From positions 38,354-102,353 of the forward strand of contig WFMW01000012.1 in assembly GCA_015488885.1 (NCBI GenBank): 64,000 nt of DNA. Direction: 5' to 3'. The position numbers and the translations under genes were made by a program. Shown piece after piece: positions 62,805 to 64,000 of this stretch. How positions within the stretch are numbered: position 1 is the stretch's first letter; each line of letters opens with the position of its first letter. The stretch comes from Gammaproteobacteria bacterium. GTDB lineage: Bacteria > Pseudomonadota > Gammaproteobacteria > SZUA-229. A model generated the notes under the pieces. That model did not search any database and was not told where the DNA came from. It was given only the letters and a program-made list of their open reading frames with translations.

Positions 62805-64000
62805 ATGAAGCACTCACTGCAGTTAAAACTGTCTCAAAATCTTACCATGACACCACAGCTGCAACAGGCTATCCGCCTGTTGCAGCTCTCCACATTTGAA
62901 TTACAAACAGAAGTTCAGCAGGCTCTGGAAGAAAACCCCATGCTGGAACAGGATGATGAAGCGTATCAAAATACGATTGAAGACAAATCGCCTGGCGAAA
63001 ACCCGCCTGATCAACAGCAGAACAACCCTGAGGCGAGTAATGAGACCATTACCGCCCAGGATGATCAGCATCTGGATATGGAAAATAACCAGTCATTACC
63101 TGATGAACTAAGTGTTGATGCCAGTTGGGAGGATACCTACGATATCAGCCTGCCAGCAAATACAAATAATAACACCGATAATAGCGGTAACGATTTTCTG
63201 GAAAATCAGAGCATTGCAGGCAATACCTTACAGGAACACCTGATCTGGCAATTACAGAACTCGCCAGTCAGTGATACCGATATGATCATTGCAACCGCCC
63301 TTATTGATGCCATTGATGATGACGGCTATCTAACTGAATCAGTTGAAGAGATTTATCAAAGCCTGCAAGGTGAGCTGGATATTGAAGATGATGAAGTCGA
63401 AGCAGTTTTACATCGAATCCAGCATTTTGACCCGGTTGGGACGGGTGCCCGTAACCTGAGTGAATGCCTGCTGTTACAACTGGATCAGTTTGATGAACAA
63501 ACCGAGTGCCTGAGTGAAGCCCGCATCATTATCAAACAGTACCTGAATTTACTCGGTAGCCATGATTACGCCCGGCTACAAAAGAAACTGCGCTGCAATG
63601 AACAACACCTGCACGAACTGATTACTTTTATCCAGACGCTTAACCCAAAACCTGGTGATGCAATCTCGGCGAATAAGGCACAATATATTATCCCTGATAT
63701 TTATGTCCGCAAAATCAATGGAGTATGGAAGGTCAGCCTAAACCCTGAAGCCACACCAAAATTAAAAATCAACCAGTTATATGAATCACATCTTAAACAA
63801 GCCGGTCGGGGTAAAGACACCACTTATCTGCGTAACAGCCTGCAGGAAGCACGCTGGTTTCTAAAAAGTCTGCAAAGTCGTAGTGATACCCTGCAACGAG
63901 TTGGTGAAGCCATTGTCAAAAGACAACGACTTTTTCTTGAATACGGTGACGAAGGCATGAAACCGATGGTATTACGTGATATTGCTGAAGAACTGGAGAT
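62805..64000 (+). CDS. rpoN: RNA polymerase sigma-54 factor, 3'-truncated at window edge
   Basis: MKHSLQLKLSQNLTMTPQLQQAIRLLQLSTFELQ matches the RpoN region I almost residue for residue. An acidic Gln-rich linker follows. The frame stays open to nt 64000. The ORF track omits it for lack of an in-window stop. Confidence 0.9.
   Translation, partial: MKHSLQLKLSQNLTMTPQLQQAIRLLQLSTFELQTEVQQALEENPMLEQDDEAYQNTIEDKSPGENPPDQQQNNPEASNETITAQDDQHLDMENNQSLPDELSVDASWEDTYDISLPANTNNNTDNSGNDFLENQSIAGNTLQEHLIWQLQNSPVSDTDMIIATALIDAIDDDGYLTESVEEIYQSLQGELDIEDDEVEAVLHRIQHFDPVGTGARNLSECLLLQLDQFDEQTECLSEARIIIKQYLNLLGSHDYARLQKKLRCNEQHLHELITFIQTLNPKPGDAISANKAQYIIPDIYVRKINGVWKVSLNPEATPKLKINQLYESHLKQAGRGKDTTYLRNSLQEARWFLKSLQSRSDTLQRVGEAIVKRQRLFLEYGDEGMKPMVLRDIAEELE

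Noticed and set aside
62896-63111. 71 aa ORF listed in the ORF track
   Set aside because: Out-of-frame overlap with the clearly recognisable rpoN reading frame (62805 onward).

Overview
This 64 kb window is mostly core chromosome of a moderately AT-rich Gram-negative bacterium. Gene order resembles gammaproteobacteria: mlaFEDCB-murA-hisGD and yrbG-kdsD ... kdsC-lptCAB-rpoN as in Pseudomonas-like genomes, and a glycogen cluster containing a GH57 enzyme as in methanotroph-like lineages. The taxonomic guess is inference only. Annotated content, in order: acetyl-CoA synthetase (5' partial), ppiB, lpxH, dsbB, an OYE-family flavin reductase, galE, and an AT-rich islet with a small orphan ORF and a histone H1-like/DUF2934-like gene. 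Then comes a large glucose/glycogen block on the minus strand: pgm, an AhpD/CMD-like gene, pgl-zwf, glgP, glgA, glgB, malQ, GH57, glgC and glk. After that: a three-gene lipoprotein operon (LpoB-like, unknown, LPP20-like), a TRZ/ATZ hydrolase-ubiG-HAD phosphatase trio, nhaD, sdhCDAB-sdhE, gltX, queG, pgi, ppc, panBCD, hisGD, murA, mlaFEDCB, yrbG, kdsD, an AsmA-family gene plus argH, then kdsC-lptC-lptA-lptB and the start of rpoN. No CRISPR array, rRNA, tRNA, transposase or integrase was recognised. The features most worth a second look are non-coding. (1) A roughly 100 bp repeat with terminal inverted repeats occurs in two divergent but clearly homologous copies, and the arms carry compensatory changes. 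(2) A 163 bp nested palindrome (ERIC-like) fills the kdsD/asmA convergent gap. (3) A roughly 190 bp multi-hairpin region lies upstream of asmA, so both structured elements bracket an asmA-argH block that interrupts the kdsD-kdsC locus. (4) A perfect 20 bp tandem repeat overlaps the start codon of a lipoprotein gene. Several further short tandem or inverted repeats sit at operon boundaries. All functional calls rest on motif-level recognition of the translated ORFs, not on database searches.
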